From positions 2,208,001 to 2,272,000 of the forward strand of contig OZ253496.1 of NCBI GenBank assembly GCA_965262115.1: a DNA stretch of 64,000 nucleotides, in the 5' to 3' direction. This DNA comes from Nitrospinales bacterium (GTDB taxonomy: Bacteria; Nitrospinota; Nitrospinia; Nitrospinales; VA-1). Of the stretch, positions 62,440 to 64,000 are shown piece after piece. The notes under the pieces were generated by a model. The model did no database searches, was not told the origin of the DNA, and saw nothing but the letters and a program-made list of their open reading frames with translations. The stretch's first letter is position 1; each line of letters begins with the position of its first letter. Both the position numbers and the translations under genes were made by a program.

Positions 62440-63798
62440 TTGGAGGGGGATTATATCAGAATTTCGTTTCACAGATTAAATCAGCCTGTTTTTCCACTCG
62501 TCTTATTGACTCTTCTCCTGGTTGCGTGTTCTTCCTCCGAAGACAACGCCCCACAGGTTAAGAAGAAGGAATTCGCGCTCCCGGTCCAGGTCGGCAAAGT
62601 CGTCTACATGGATGTGGCGGACGAAGTGCGCGCGGTGGGAAATATCGAGGCCGAAAAGAGAGTGGTGGTCAATGCGGAAGTCAGGGGAAAAATTACCCGG
62701 ATCGCGGTGGAAGAGGGGATGAAGGTGAAGGAGGGTGATTTGCTGGCGCAGATTGATCCGAGAGAATATGAACTGGTCCACGAAAGATTGAGGGCCGATC
62801 TCTCCTCCGTTCAAAAGGAGTATCAAAAAGCCCAGGGAGGGTTGCGCCCGGAAGACAAACAAAGGCTGGAAGCCAGAATGCATGCCGCTGAAAGCGCCTT
62901 GAATCTGGCCCATATAGAATTGACCCGTGCCGAAAAGTTGGTGACGGAAAAAGTGATGCCGCAGTCGGGACTCGACACGGCCAAAGACAAGGTTCGTCAG
63001 GCCGATGAGTTTTTAAAGGCCAGCAAGGCGGAACTGGCCGCTGGGATGAAAGGGCGCAGTGAGGATATTGAAAAGCTGGAATCGGAAATACAGTCGATCC
63101 GTAAACAGGTTGCCGTAGCCCAACTGAATCTTTCAAAAGTAAATATCGAGGCTCCTTTCGAAGACATCATCATCGCCAAGGAAATTGAGCAGGGCGCTTT
63201 TGCCGAGGCGGGAACCTCTGTCGTGAGAATGATTGGTTCCTCTCGCCTGAAAGCGGTTCTGGAAATGCCGCAGAGCTACAGGAACAAATTGAAAAAGCTC
63301 AAAGGCGCGGAATTTCTGGTGCGGGAACTGGGTTTGAAGTTTGAGCATCGCAGAAACCTGGCGCGGCTCATCCGGGTCATTCCCGACGCCAACATATACT
63401 CCGGCAATATCAAAGTGCAAATCGATTTGCCTGATCCCGACCCTTCTCTGTTCCCAGGACTGACCTTGGAAAGTACCCTGAGTTTTGGTGTTCGTAAAAA
63501 CGTATTGCATGTGCCGGCGGTATCTCTGGTTATTGGCGAGAAAGGCACCGTTGTTTATGTCGTAAAAGACGGTCACGCTCATCTTGTTCCGGTCAGGGCC
63601 TTCAAGGAGCGAAATGATTTTGTGGAGATCGAGGATTTCACTCACCAGCTTGGACTGAAAGCCGATCTCATCCTGCGTGGTTCCGGCGCGGTATTCCCGG
63701 ACGCGAAAGTGTTTTTGACCAACCCTGAACCAAAAACGAAAACTCCGTTCAACTCGGCAGACCAAAAAACATCGTCCGCTAACACCCCGGAGACCTGA
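62440..63798 (+). CDS. RND efflux periplasmic adaptor lipoprotein (start codon uncertain)
   Basis: Lipobox LVAC; VEEGMKVKEGDLLAQID, long coiled coil, IEAPF. Confidence 0.88.
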   Translation: MEGDYIRISFHRLNQPVFPLVLLTLLLVACSSSEDNAPQVKKKEFALPVQVGKVVYMDVADEVRAVGNIEAEKRVVVNAEVRGKITRIAVEEGMKVKEGDLLAQIDPREYELVHERLRADLSSVQKEYQKAQGGLRPEDKQRLEARMHAAESALNLAHIELTRAEKLVTEKVMPQSGLDTAKDKVRQADEFLKASKAELAAGMKGRSEDIEKLESEIQSIRKQVAVAQLNLSKVNIEAPFEDIIIAKEIEQGAFAEAGTSVVRMIGSSRLKAVLEMPQSYRNKLKKLKGAEFLVRELGLKFEHRRNLARLIRVIPDANIYSGNIKVQIDLPDPDPSLFPGLTLESTLSFGVRKNVLHVPAVSLVIGEKGTVVYVVKDGHAHLVPVRAFKERNDFVEIEDFTHQLGLKADLILRGSGAVFPDAKVFLTNPEPKTKTPFNSADQKTSSANTPET

Positions 63799-64000
63799 TG
63801 AAACTCATTGATCAGTCCATCCGAAACTACCACACGGTTACGGTGATCATCGTTATGGCCCTGGTGGGGGGTGTCTTATGTTTCCAGACCCTGCCCCGGC
63901 AGTTGGCCCCCACCGTTGACAAACCGGAGATTGAGGTCAATACCGAATACCTGGGCCTTTCCCCTGATGAAGTGGAACGCAATATCACGCGTCGCTTGGA
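63798..64000 (+). CDS. RND efflux permease (AcrB family), N-terminal part running off the window
   Basis: TGATG overlap; MKLIDQSIRN...LPRQLAPTVDKPEIEVNTEYLGLSPDEVERNITRRL. Confidence 0.88.
   Translation, partial: MKLIDQSIRNYHTVTVIIVMALVGGVLCFQTLPRQLAPTVDKPEIEVNTEYLGLSPDEVERNITRRL

Overview
Bacterial chromosomal window with mostly intact core genes: 3' end of class II nrdJ, msrP, pstSCAB, msrB with an ECF sigma/anti-sigma pair, trmN6-like methylase and miaA, ntrBC-like pair, ilvE, tRNA-Lys and tRNA-Glu, rfbBA/rfbD, acyl-CoA ligase and an RND efflux pair. The gene repertoire (several FGE-sulfatase-domain proteins, a cytochrome c/EB_dh fusion, many TPR proteins) suggests a Nitrospina-like marine organism; this is inference only. 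Accessory parts are an AT-rich, doubly inactivated restriction-modification pair (9.4-11.6 kb), an AT-rich surface-polysaccharide block next to tRNA-Glu (38-57 kb), toxin-antitoxin genes and many single-lesion pseudogenes. Main observations: (1) MiaA is fused in one frame, through an internal signal-like segment, to a TPR plus lytic transglycosylase; (2) a MITE family with 15-bp TIRs and 9-bp target duplications carries modular palindromic cargo, and one copy sits in frame inside an O-antigen polymerase-like gene; (3) a 34-bp repeat / 43-bp insert / 34-bp repeat unit resembles off-target CRISPR spacer integration at a gene start; (4) msrP lacks an adjacent msrQ but follows a diheme c + heme b cytochrome; (5) a G14 tract frameshifts a DUF3179 gene; (6) a NeuA-like cytidylyltransferase is paired with an HpcH aldolase rather than NeuB. 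Family assignments come from motif recognition by eye; no database search was run.
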